A stretch of 62,047 nucleotides of DNA, filler included. It is 3 parts of 3 records of this genome, joined end to end, with 100 filler letters (N's around TTAATTAATTAA, not from the genome) between each part and the next. Parts side by side here need not be neighbours in the genome. Positions count along the whole stretch, not along the records: positions 1 to 26,555 come from SRR20825006_2264; 2 more parts are not named here. One strand, given 5' to 3'. Position 1 is the first letter of the stretch. Each line of letters starts with the position of its first letter. Both the position numbers and the translations under genes were made by a program. Below, one piece after another: positions 1 through 7,889 of this stretch. The notes beneath the pieces were generated by a model. The model worked only from the letters and a program-made list of their open reading frames with translations, searched no databases and had not been told where the DNA came from.

Positions 1-1077
1 GGTGGTATACTATGCCCGTTTTTTGCAGATCGGACGATACAGGTTCCGGATTTTATCTTTTCGGGCTATCAACGTTCCTCCTTTAGTGAGCTGAACTTTT
101 CAACCGGTTCGGAAAACGGTCTTGAATGGGTGTTCGGGACCAATCTTTGGACGGAATATTTTAACGATACCAGGGAAGATCAGGCCATAGCACTGGACCA
201 ATCCTATCAAATTTTTGGATTGTTCGCCCAAAACGTTTGGCAAATCAATGAAGGGCTCAGTTTGGAAACAGGTCTTCGCACCGATTTTCATTCCGATTAC
301 GGAGCTTTGGCATTGCCTAGATTATCCATACTGTATGAGCCAAGTCAAAAATTGACATTTCGACTGGGGGGAGGAATGGGCTATAAGACCCCTACGGTTT
401 TTACGGAGGATGCAGAACGGTTACAGTTTAGGAACGTGCTCCCCATTGATATTGATCAAACGGATTTGGAACGTTCTTTGGGCGGTAATTTTGATGTAAA
501 TTATAAATGGGTACCCATGCCGGGCATGACCATGTCCATCAATACGCTATTATTTTATACCAGAATAGATGACCCTATGGTATTGCAGTCCGAAGGAGAC
601 GGCTTTTACACTTTTCAACAACCCGATGGATTTGTGGATACCCGTGGTGCGGAGATCAATCTCAAAGTCAAATACGGGGATTTCAAGTTGTTTACGGGCT
701 ATACCCACGCCAATGTTAAGCAACATCAAAACGGAACAGTGTCCGACTTTCCACTGGTTGCGAAGCATCGTTTGAACAATGTGCTGATGTATGAGAAAGA
801 GGGTGACCTTTGGATCGGTCTGGAGGGCTATTATTACAGTCCCCAAAAGCTCTCTTCAGGGGAAACAGGTAAATCCTATTGGATCGTGGGCTTAATGAGT
901 GAAAAGAAGCTAAGTGATAAATTCTCTATTTTCCTGAATTTTGAAAACTTTTTGGATACTCGGCAAACACGATTCGATACCATATACTCAGGCAATTTAA
1001 GTGATCCACAATTTTCTGAGATATATGCACCCGTTGATGGTTTTGTGATCAATGGTGGTTTTAAGATTAAAATTTAA
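1..1077 (+). CDS. TonB-dependent receptor, C-terminal beta-barrel part (5' truncated by window edge)
   Basis: Frame +1 is open from base 1, although the ORF track starts at 130. Barrel motifs GLRTD, PRLS, GYKTPT, ENFLD and C-terminal INGGFKIKI. Confidence 0.85.
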   Translation, partial: GGILCPFFADRTIQVPDFIFSGYQRSSFSELNFSTGSENGLEWVFGTNLWTEYFNDTREDQAIALDQSYQIFGLFAQNVWQINEGLSLETGLRTDFHSDYGALALPRLSILYEPSQKLTFRLGGGMGYKTPTVFTEDAERLQFRNVLPIDIDQTDLERSLGGNFDVNYKWVPMPGMTMSINTLLFYTRIDDPMVLQSEGDGFYTFQQPDGFVDTRGAEINLKVKYGDFKLFTGYTHANVKQHQNGTVSDFPLVAKHRLNNVLMYEKEGDLWIGLEGYYYSPQKLSSGETGKSYWIVGLMSEKKLSDKFSIFLNFENFLDTRQTRFDTIYSGNLSDPQFSEIYAPVDGFVINGGFKIKI

Positions 1078-1111
1078 AGTTTATTTGTATTGAAGGCTAC
1101 GACATGAATTT

Positions 1112-2968
1112 TTAGTTTACCCTGTATGTTACTTTCCTGTTAGTGATGATTGTTTGTACTCTAATATTCAATGTAATGCTATTGGAGGTTGATGAAGGTG
1201 AGCAAGTATAGGCATCGTTGAATAATTCCACTCGATACAAATATCCGTTCATGCTCATATCCGGATTGTTGATGGTCAAGGTATCCGTGTCCGTTCCTGA
1301 GTACATCCCAAAATCAGAAATATCGGTAAAGTTTGCACCACCGTCGGTGCTTACTTGCCATTGATATTGTGTGGTATTGGTCGTTGTGATGTTGAGGTTG
1401 CCCGGATGTCCATCAAAAATAATGGCGTTTGTCGGAATTGTCGAAACAGTGGGACTGTTTCCGGCTTCGGTATAATCATAAACGGTGTTGCCATCACCAT
1501 CTACCGGAGTGGTATATCCACCTTGTCCCAAGACCATTCCGGAAGAATTGATGGTTACTGGGGAGTTGCCCAGAAGACCATCACCATCCGGGTCGGTAAA
1601 ACCAGCCTCCACAACATCGTAACACCCGTCCGAGTCACTATCAATGGATGTATAGTTTAAAAATGCATCGTTATCAGAATCGGCTATGTTGTAATTGATG
1701 GTTCCATTATTGTATTGTGAAGGAGCTTGTATCGCATCTGGAATACCATCTGTGCCTACCGGACCGGGGATGCGCCCATTTACTGTGGTGACACCGTGAC
1801 CGGCTTCCACGGCATCCAAAATTCCATCGTTGTCACTGTCAAGGTCTAGTCCATTGGCGAGGCCGTCCCCATCACTGTCCGTTGGTGAACAACCTGTGCT
1901 AAAACTATCATCGTTAACTGCAAAAAAAACAGGGTCTGCATTGGCAGAAATTTCCAATCTAAAGATGACGGCTTCTGTTCTCTCGGCGGCTGTCAACCCA
2001 AATTCAGAGAGTTCAACGGCGGCCAACCTAATATTCTTTTTTACGTTTTTATTGTTAGGGGTGTCGTTCACATTATATTGGTCGATCATTGAATTGCCCA
2101 CAATAGGTGTGTTGTTCCAGTTTACTTCGACGCCATTGCCAAGGTAGTTCCCATCCTTGTCCAATAAATGCAATCTATTATAATTAGATCCCCCGGATAG
2201 TTGAGCGCCCTGGGTCAAAAGAATATCCATGATGCCATCACCATATGCAGGAGTATTGGTGCCCCCCAATCTAAAATACCACGCATTGCCGATATTGGCA
2301 ATGGCATAAGCCATGTCCAGTCCTCGTTCTCCTTGGTATAAATAAGGGTTGAAGGGAATTCCTCCGGTGGTCAACAAAGGGCCTGCAGCTTGTCCGTTGT
2401 TCCCATCAATAGATCTTCCTTCCAGACGTATTCCGGATAGAATCTTTGTAACCGGTTTAAGTGCCCTCCAAGAAGTTTCTTCCACATTTAGGTCACCAAT
2501 TCCGTTGCCGTCAGTGTCGATTTGGTCATAATAACTGTTGTTATCACTGTCAATCATTCGTGTAGATACCACTCCGGTCGCGTATGTATTGCTTCCAACT
2601 GTAAAGCCCAACAGGGTGGAAACGTCATCATAGGCTTTCGGGTTCAAGCTTCCTACAGATGATGTCCAGAAGCCATTATAGTCTGTATAAATGGAGGTGA
2701 CATAATTTGTAGTGCTGTTGGATGGTGGGGGAGAACCAAATCCAACATTGGTCTCACAGCCATCTTCGTAAATATCGGGAATACCGTCGTTGTCATCATC
2801 TTGGTCAATATCGTCAGGGAAGCCATCACCATCACTATCTAAACTGAGGTGGTTCATGTGAGGGTTTTTGTTTGATGAATTGTCAAGAACATCAATTTTG
2901 TCAAGTTCAGGATTGAACAAAATTAAAACAAGCGCGATTAGACCGATAAGAAAGCGTATGTATGTCAA
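1112..2968 (-). CDS. Secreted/surface protein with thrombospondin type 3-like DxDxDG Ca-binding repeats and a C-terminal Ig-like domain
   Basis: Hydrophobic N-terminus. Repeated DSDGDG/DDDNDG/DSDNDG motifs. Ig-like segment QYQWQVSTDGGANFTDI...NGYLYRV. Confidence 0.8.
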   Translation of the reverse strand: MTYIRFLIGLIALVLILFNPELDKIDVLDNSSNKNPHMNHLSLDSDGDGFPDDIDQDDDNDGIPDIYEDGCETNVGFGSPPPSNSTTNYVTSIYTDYNGFWTSSVGSLNPKAYDDVSTLLGFTVGSNTYATGVVSTRMIDSDNNSYYDQIDTDGNGIGDLNVEETSWRALKPVTKILSGIRLEGRSIDGNNGQAAGPLLTTGGIPFNPYLYQGERGLDMAYAIANIGNAWYFRLGGTNTPAYGDGIMDILLTQGAQLSGGSNYNRLHLLDKDGNYLGNGVEVNWNNTPIVGNSMIDQYNVNDTPNNKNVKKNIRLAAVELSEFGLTAAERTEAVIFRLEISANADPVFFAVNDDSFSTGCSPTDSDGDGLANGLDLDSDNDGILDAVEAGHGVTTVNGRIPGPVGTDGIPDAIQAPSQYNNGTINYNIADSDNDAFLNYTSIDSDSDGCYDVVEAGFTDPDGDGLLGNSPVTINSSGMVLGQGGYTTPVDGDGNTVYDYTEAGNSPTVSTIPTNAIIFDGHPGNLNITTTNTTQYQWQVSTDGGANFTDISDFGMYSGTDTDTLTINNPDMSMNGYLYRVELFNDAYTCSPSSTSNSITLNIRVQTIITNRKVTYRVN

Positions 2969-3243
2969 AATACAATTATAGGTTTGGTTTGTGGGTCGAT
3001 TATCGATTGGATAATCAAAGGCAAATTAGATGTGTTTGAGGTTTCAGTATATTTTTTGTTGTTAATCTGCTGTAAAGTATGGTGTAGTTCGTCGATTGCG
3101 TGGTTCGCTTGTTGCGGATAGACTGGGTCTAACCTTGTTTTGAAAACTTGTTGTGGGAGTTGGGTCTCAAAAATTGTTAAAAAACTGTGAAAAACTATTT
3201 TGGACAATTTGCGACAAGCGTGAATTTTTTGGAGACCTTACTA

Positions 3244-3251
3244 TACGTTTG
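3244..3251 (+). promoter_or_regulatory. Candidate Bacteroidota -7 promoter element (TAnnTTTG) upstream of nrdB
   Basis: TACGTTTG about 140 nt upstream of the nrdB ATG; no well-spaced -33 element found. Confidence 0.4.
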
Positions 3252-3391
3252 TTCACAAGGTTTTTGACTCTTAAAAATCTCGAATGTTGATAAAAGTGTT
3301 AAGAACCTAATTGCCAAAACCGCGAATCCAAGTAAAGAAAATATGAATTTTACAGTCAAGCTATTTTTTACAACTCCAAACCGTTTTCTTC

Positions 3392-4666
3392 ATGCAGATT
3401 ACTCAGATAACTAAGAGGGATTTTAGTACGCAAGAATTTGATTTACACAAGATTACAAATGCAATCTTGAAGGCCATGACAGCTGTGGAGCATGGTCAGA
3501 TCACTGATGCGCAGACCATTGCCAATAACGTCAACCAAGTGTTGTTGGAGAGAAAAAGCCAAGACGAACATTATTTGCCGACCGTTGAGGAAGTACAAGA
3601 TGTTGTTGAGAACGAACTTATGGATAGTGAGTTCCATGATGCGGCAAAAGCATACATTATTTACAGAAATAAAAGGGCTCAAATGCGCGAGTCGGACATT
3701 TTTGAGAAGCGCATCAACTTAAAGCCTTATGAGTACCCGCAATTGTATGAGTATGTTCCAGCAATCCGTCATTCGTATTGGATTCATACCGAGTTTAACT
3801 TTACCAGTGACATCCAGGACTTTAAATCTGGACTGAACGAGGTGGAGCGTAGCGCCATCAAAAACACCATGCTTGCCATTTCTCAAATAGAGGTGGCCGT
3901 GAAATCTTTCTGGGGCGATATTTACCATAGAATGCCAAAACCGGAAATTGGTTCTGTCGGGGCTACGTTTGCGGAAAGCGAAGTGCGCCATCACGATGCC
4001 TATTCCCATCTTTTGGAAATTTTGGGATTGAACAAGGAGTTCGAAAACCTGAAGAAAAAGCCCGTGATCATGAAAAGGGTGCAGTATTTGGAGACTGCGC
4101 TCAAGAATGCAAAAAGCGAGAACAATAAGGATTACGCAGAGTCGGTATTGCTGTTCTCACTTTTTATAGAGCACGTTTCACTTTTCTCCCAGTTTTTGAT
4201 CATTATGGCATTCAATAAACACAAGAATGTCCTAAAAGGAATTTCGAATGTGGTTGAGGCTACTTCAAAAGAAGAGCAGATTCATGGTGATTTCGGAATC
4301 GACATCATCAACATCATCAAAAAGGAGCACCCAGAGTGGTTCGATGATGCATATAAAGAAATGATTCAGGATATCTGCGAGAAAGCATTTGAAGCGGAAA
4401 GCAAGATAGTGGATTGGATCTTTGAAGATGGTGAATTGGATTTCTTGCCAAAAAATTTGGTGAACGAATTCATCAAAAACAGATTCAACAACTCATTGGA
4501 GAGCATTGGCATCTCCAAAATATTCGACGTCGACCAAAAACTATTGGAACAAACCGAGTGGTTCGACGACGAGATCATTGGAACAAAACATGGAGACTTT
4601 TTTGTAAAAAGATCCATCAACTATAGCAAAAGAACACAAAGTATAACAAGCGACGACCTTTTTTAA
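3392..4666 (+). CDS. nrdB: Ribonucleotide reductase beta subunit (class Id-like) with N-terminal ATP-cone
   Basis: ATP-cone signature ITKRD...FDLHKITNAILKAM...TVEEVQDVVE...AKAYIIYR, then ferritin-like metal ligands QIEVAVK, SEVRH, IEHVSLFSQF, EEQIH and C-terminal DFF...NYSK. Confidence 0.95.
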   Translation: MQITQITKRDFSTQEFDLHKITNAILKAMTAVEHGQITDAQTIANNVNQVLLERKSQDEHYLPTVEEVQDVVENELMDSEFHDAAKAYIIYRNKRAQMRESDIFEKRINLKPYEYPQLYEYVPAIRHSYWIHTEFNFTSDIQDFKSGLNEVERSAIKNTMLAISQIEVAVKSFWGDIYHRMPKPEIGSVGATFAESEVRHHDAYSHLLEILGLNKEFENLKKKPVIMKRVQYLETALKNAKSENNKDYAESVLLFSLFIEHVSLFSQFLIIMAFNKHKNVLKGISNVVEATSKEEQIHGDFGIDIINIIKKEHPEWFDDAYKEMIQDICEKAFEAESKIVDWIFEDGELDFLPKNLVNEFIKNRFNNSLESIGISKIFDVDQKLLEQTEWFDDEIIGTKHGDFFVKRSINYSKRTQSITSDDLF

Positions 4667-4669
4667 ATT

Positions 4670-6457
4670 ATGGAGAAGAGAACACAAACCCCGACCACTG
4701 ACCAAAAGCAAGACAACAAAACACAGGAACTTGTAAATGCAAGAAAGGACACTTTGTCCAAACTCAAGAACGAGGAGGATAAAGGCTTTGAATGGTTGAA
4801 CGAGTATAGCCGAAAGTTTTTGGCATCTGGATACCTTACCGAGGGGGTTACCCCAGAGGGGCGTATCCGTGAGATAGGCGATAGGGCAGAGGAGATTTTG
4901 CAGATTCCGGGGTACTCGGACAAATTTTACGGTTACATGTCCGAAGGTTTCTTTTCTTTGGCTTCCCCTGTTTGGTCGAACTTTGGTAAAAAGCGAGGGT
5001 TGCCTATTAGTTGCTTTGGTTCCCATATAGATGATGACATGGGGAACATACTCTACACCCAATCTGAGGTAGGGATGATGTCGAAGCTTGGTGGTGGAAC
5101 TTCTGGATACTTTGGAAAAATAAGACATAGAGGAGCGCCTGTTAAAAATAACGGACAGGCTTCGGGAGCTGTCCATATTATGCAGTTGTTCGAATCCATG
5201 GTGGATGTGGTGAGCCAAGGCTCCGTTCGTCGAGGTCGTTTTTCTCCATATTTGCCCATTGACCACAAGGATATTTTGGAATTCTTGGAAATCGGGACCG
5301 AAGGGAATCCTATCCAACAATTGACCCATGGCGTTACCGTGACCAACCAATGGATGCAGGAAATGATCGAGGGGGATGTTGATAAAAGAACCGTTTGGGC
5401 AAAAGTATTGCAACGTAGAGGTGAGATGGGTTATCCGTATGTATTCTTCACCGACAATGCCAACGATGGTGCGGTAGATGTTTATAAGGACAAGAATCAC
5501 CGTATCCATGCCAGCAACTTGTGTACAGAAATTATGTTGCCATCCAATGATGATTGGTCATTTGTATGTGTACTTTCCAGTATCAACCTATTGCATTATG
5601 ATAAATGGAAGAAAACCGATGCCGTTGAGACCATGGTTCACTTCCTGGATGCGGTAATTACGGAGTTCATCGAAAAATTGGAAGCTTACAGGGATTCTTC
5701 AGACAGGGACGACCGACAAACTTTCCTATTTATGGAAAGAGCCTACAATTTTGCAAAACAAAACAGGGCATTGGGTCTAGGTGCTTTGGGTTGGCACTCC
5801 CTATTGCAGTCCAAGAGATATGCATTCAACAGCCAGGAAGCCTATAACTTGAACAGTGAGATATTCAAAGAGATCAAAGAACGTTCTTACAAAGCATCCG
5901 AGCAATTGGCAGAGCGTTTTGGAGAGCCAGAAGTGTTGAAGGGTTACGGTAGACGTAACGCTACGTTGAACGCAATTGCTCCTACTACTTCCTCAGCTTT
6001 CATTTTGGGACAGGTATCACAGGGAATCGAGCCAATCTGGTCTAACTGCTATGTGAAGGATATAGCCAAAATCAAGACCACTATCAAGAATCCTTTCTTA
6101 ATGGACCTATTGGAAGAAAAGGGACAGAATACCAACGAAGTTTGGAAGAGCATTCGCGATATGGATGGTTCGGTACAGCATTTGGACTTTTTGACCGAAG
6201 CAGAGAAAGCAGTCTTTTTAACCTACTCGGAATTAGATCAGTTGGATATCATCTATCAAGCGGCCAACAGGCAAAACCATATAGATCAAGGACAGTCGGT
6301 GAATATCATTGTACACCCTGATATGCCTACAAAGGAGGTCAATAAAATCCACGTTACCGCATGGAAACTGGGTCTAAAATCCTTGTACTATCAACACAGT
6401 ATGAATGCTGCACAAAAATTCAAACAAAAGAAAGATTGTGTAAGCTGCGAGGCATAA
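4670..6457 (+). CDS. nrdA: Ribonucleotide reductase alpha subunit lacking an ATP-cone
   Basis: ISCF, GGGTS, SNLCTEI (thiyl radical Cys), VCVLSSINL, AIAPT, DQGQS, KSLYY and C-terminal CVSC redox pair. Confidence 0.95.
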   Translation: MEKRTQTPTTDQKQDNKTQELVNARKDTLSKLKNEEDKGFEWLNEYSRKFLASGYLTEGVTPEGRIREIGDRAEEILQIPGYSDKFYGYMSEGFFSLASPVWSNFGKKRGLPISCFGSHIDDDMGNILYTQSEVGMMSKLGGGTSGYFGKIRHRGAPVKNNGQASGAVHIMQLFESMVDVVSQGSVRRGRFSPYLPIDHKDILEFLEIGTEGNPIQQLTHGVTVTNQWMQEMIEGDVDKRTVWAKVLQRRGEMGYPYVFFTDNANDGAVDVYKDKNHRIHASNLCTEIMLPSNDDWSFVCVLSSINLLHYDKWKKTDAVETMVHFLDAVITEFIEKLEAYRDSSDRDDRQTFLFMERAYNFAKQNRALGLGALGWHSLLQSKRYAFNSQEAYNLNSEIFKEIKERSYKASEQLAERFGEPEVLKGYGRRNATLNAIAPTTSSAFILGQVSQGIEPIWSNCYVKDIAKIKTTIKNPFLMDLLEEKGQNTNEVWKSIRDMDGSVQHLDFLTEAEKAVFLTYSELDQLDIIYQAANRQNHIDQGQSVNIIVHPDMPTKEVNKIHVTAWKLGLKSLYYQHSMNAAQKFKQKKDCVSCEA

Positions 6458-6475
6458 AAGCAAATAACAACCAAT

Positions 6476-6513
6476 AAAAAAAGGAGGTTCGAATTAACGA
6501 AGCCTCCTTTTTT
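6476..6513. terminator. Bidirectional intrinsic terminator between convergent nrdA and the DUF4625 operon
   Basis: AAAAAAAGGAGGTTCG-AATTAA-CGAAGCCTCCTTTTTT: GC stem with a T-tract on both strands. Confidence 0.8.
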
Positions 6514-6536
6514 CTTCAAACTAACTAGAAAAGAGA

Positions 6537-7019
6537 TTATAGTATCTTAATGTCTACGGAGGTTCTACTTTGCCAACCGGTAACATCGGTTACAGAGAAT
6601 GAACAGTGATAATCCCCTGGGTCAATATCTTCTGGAATGTCAATTGAAACGTTGATTTCATATGAAGTGGTTCCCTCTTCAATATCAAAATTCTCTATAT
6701 AAATCATGGGGTTCACTGCATCCTTAGTAGGTTCCAGTTCACATTGTGCGCCTTGGTCATCATGTGTGTGATGGTCAAAATTGTGATGGATGTTCAAACT
6801 GTAAGCAGCAAGCGCAAGATTATCTGTCACTCGAGCCTTAAAGGTGTAGGTGTTTCCCCTTTCCAGGACTTCACAAGCTTGGGGAAATCCACCATCGTAA
6901 TTAATTGTTATGGATGGTTTTTCCTCGTCAACACCGCTATCGTCACTACTGGAACAAGATGCTAGCAACATTATCAAAGGAAGAATCTGTAAGTATTTGA
7001 TAATCGATTTCATATTCAT
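6537..7019 (-). CDS. DUF4625-type His-rich lipoprotein
   Basis: Lipobox LASC followed by SSSDD. IHHNFDHHTH and PGDYH motifs typical of DUF4625. Confidence 0.8.
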   Translation of the reverse strand: MNMKSIIKYLQILPLIMLLASCSSSDDSGVDEEKPSITINYDGGFPQACEVLERGNTYTFKARVTDNLALAAYSLNIHHNFDHHTHDDQGAQCELEPTKDAVNPMIYIENFDIEEGTTSYEINVSIDIPEDIDPGDYHCSFSVTDVTGWQSRTSVDIKIL

Positions 7020-7070
7020 TTTTTAGAATAATTAGCCGCATGGCGCTTGAATGCCATTCGGCAATTGGTT

Positions 7071-7880
7071 TTATGATGCAGTTACATCAATATGTGTTTC
7101 GTATGTAACGGCATTCCCATCTTCATCCTCTATCGTAAAAAGAATATGGTATTCACCAGCTGGTGCTGTTGCCGGAACATCGATATGCTCATGGAACTCT
7201 GCTTCGGACAATTCGTGATATCCTTCGGAATATGTTTGCTCAAAGTCCCATTCCACTTCTCCTTCACCTACGGGCAAATCATGTCCGTGAATGTCCACTG
7301 TAATTTCATGGATTCCGTTAACCGCATTGATCATAAATTCTGCATGCATATCTGTACCGCGAACCACAGTCTCATCAATGGAAAATGCACTTAATGAGAT
7401 GGCCTCCATAATGTCTACATGGCCTTCGACCTCGGTGCTGTTGCCCAATTCATCCGTAACGGTCAAAGTAATATGGTATTCACCGGATGGAATATCCGAA
7501 GGGATGTCCACATGCTCGTGAAATGTTGGGTTGATCGCCAAATAGCTGGCATCGGTATAGGTTTGCTCAAAATCCCATTCCACTTCACCTTCTCCTACTT
7601 CAAGGTCGTGTCCGTGAATGCTCAATTCGATACTGTTTACCGTTCCGGGAGCATTGATTTCAGCTTCTAGATGGATATCCGAACCTTTGTAGGCCACTTG
7701 CTCTGTTGAGTGTGAACTTCCTTCGCCATATTCAAAATTCGAAATTTCGGGTGCAGCTACAGAAGAGCCCCCATCATCGTCACTGCTACAAGAATGTAAA
7801 GCGAAGGCTCCCAATGCGATAATCGCCAAAGATTTAAAATTAGTTTTCATGTTGTTTCTGTTTTTGGTGTTAAACTTCAT
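7071..7880 (-). CDS. Tandem DUF4625-type His-containing lipoprotein (start may be 7850)
   Basis: Lipobox LHSC-SSDDD. Two internal repeats IHGHDLxVGEGEVEWDFEQTY...FHEHxDxP...GEYHI. Confidence 0.8.
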   Translation of the reverse strand: MKFNTKNRNNMKTNFKSLAIIALGAFALHSCSSDDDGGSSVAAPEISNFEYGEGSSHSTEQVAYKGSDIHLEAEINAPGTVNSIELSIHGHDLEVGEGEVEWDFEQTYTDASYLAINPTFHEHVDIPSDIPSGEYHITLTVTDELGNSTEVEGHVDIMEAISLSAFSIDETVVRGTDMHAEFMINAVNGIHEITVDIHGHDLPVGEGEVEWDFEQTYSEGYHELSEAEFHEHIDVPATAPAGEYHILFTIEDEDGNAVTYETHIDVTAS

Positions 7881-7889
7881 TTGATTTAA

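Noticed and set aside
2965-3207. 80-aa minus-strand ORF
   Set aside because: TTG start, no motifs, and it spans the divergent promoter region.
3392-3700. ATP-cone on NrdB as a previously undescribed system
   Set aside because: Already characterised in Flavobacteriaceae; kept as a moderate-interest finding only.
4541-5509. 322-aa minus-strand ORF
   Set aside because: Antisense shadow of nrdB/nrdA with no recognisable motifs. The same applies to the many short antisense or nested ORFs in the track.
7035-7063. GCCG-CATGGC/GCCAT-TCGGC hairpin between the DUF4625 genes as an ncRNA
   Set aside because: Short and imperfect; at most an mRNA stability or partial termination element.
7071-7880. Internal DNA duplication as a recombination cassette
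   Set aside because: Explained by two in-frame homologous domains.
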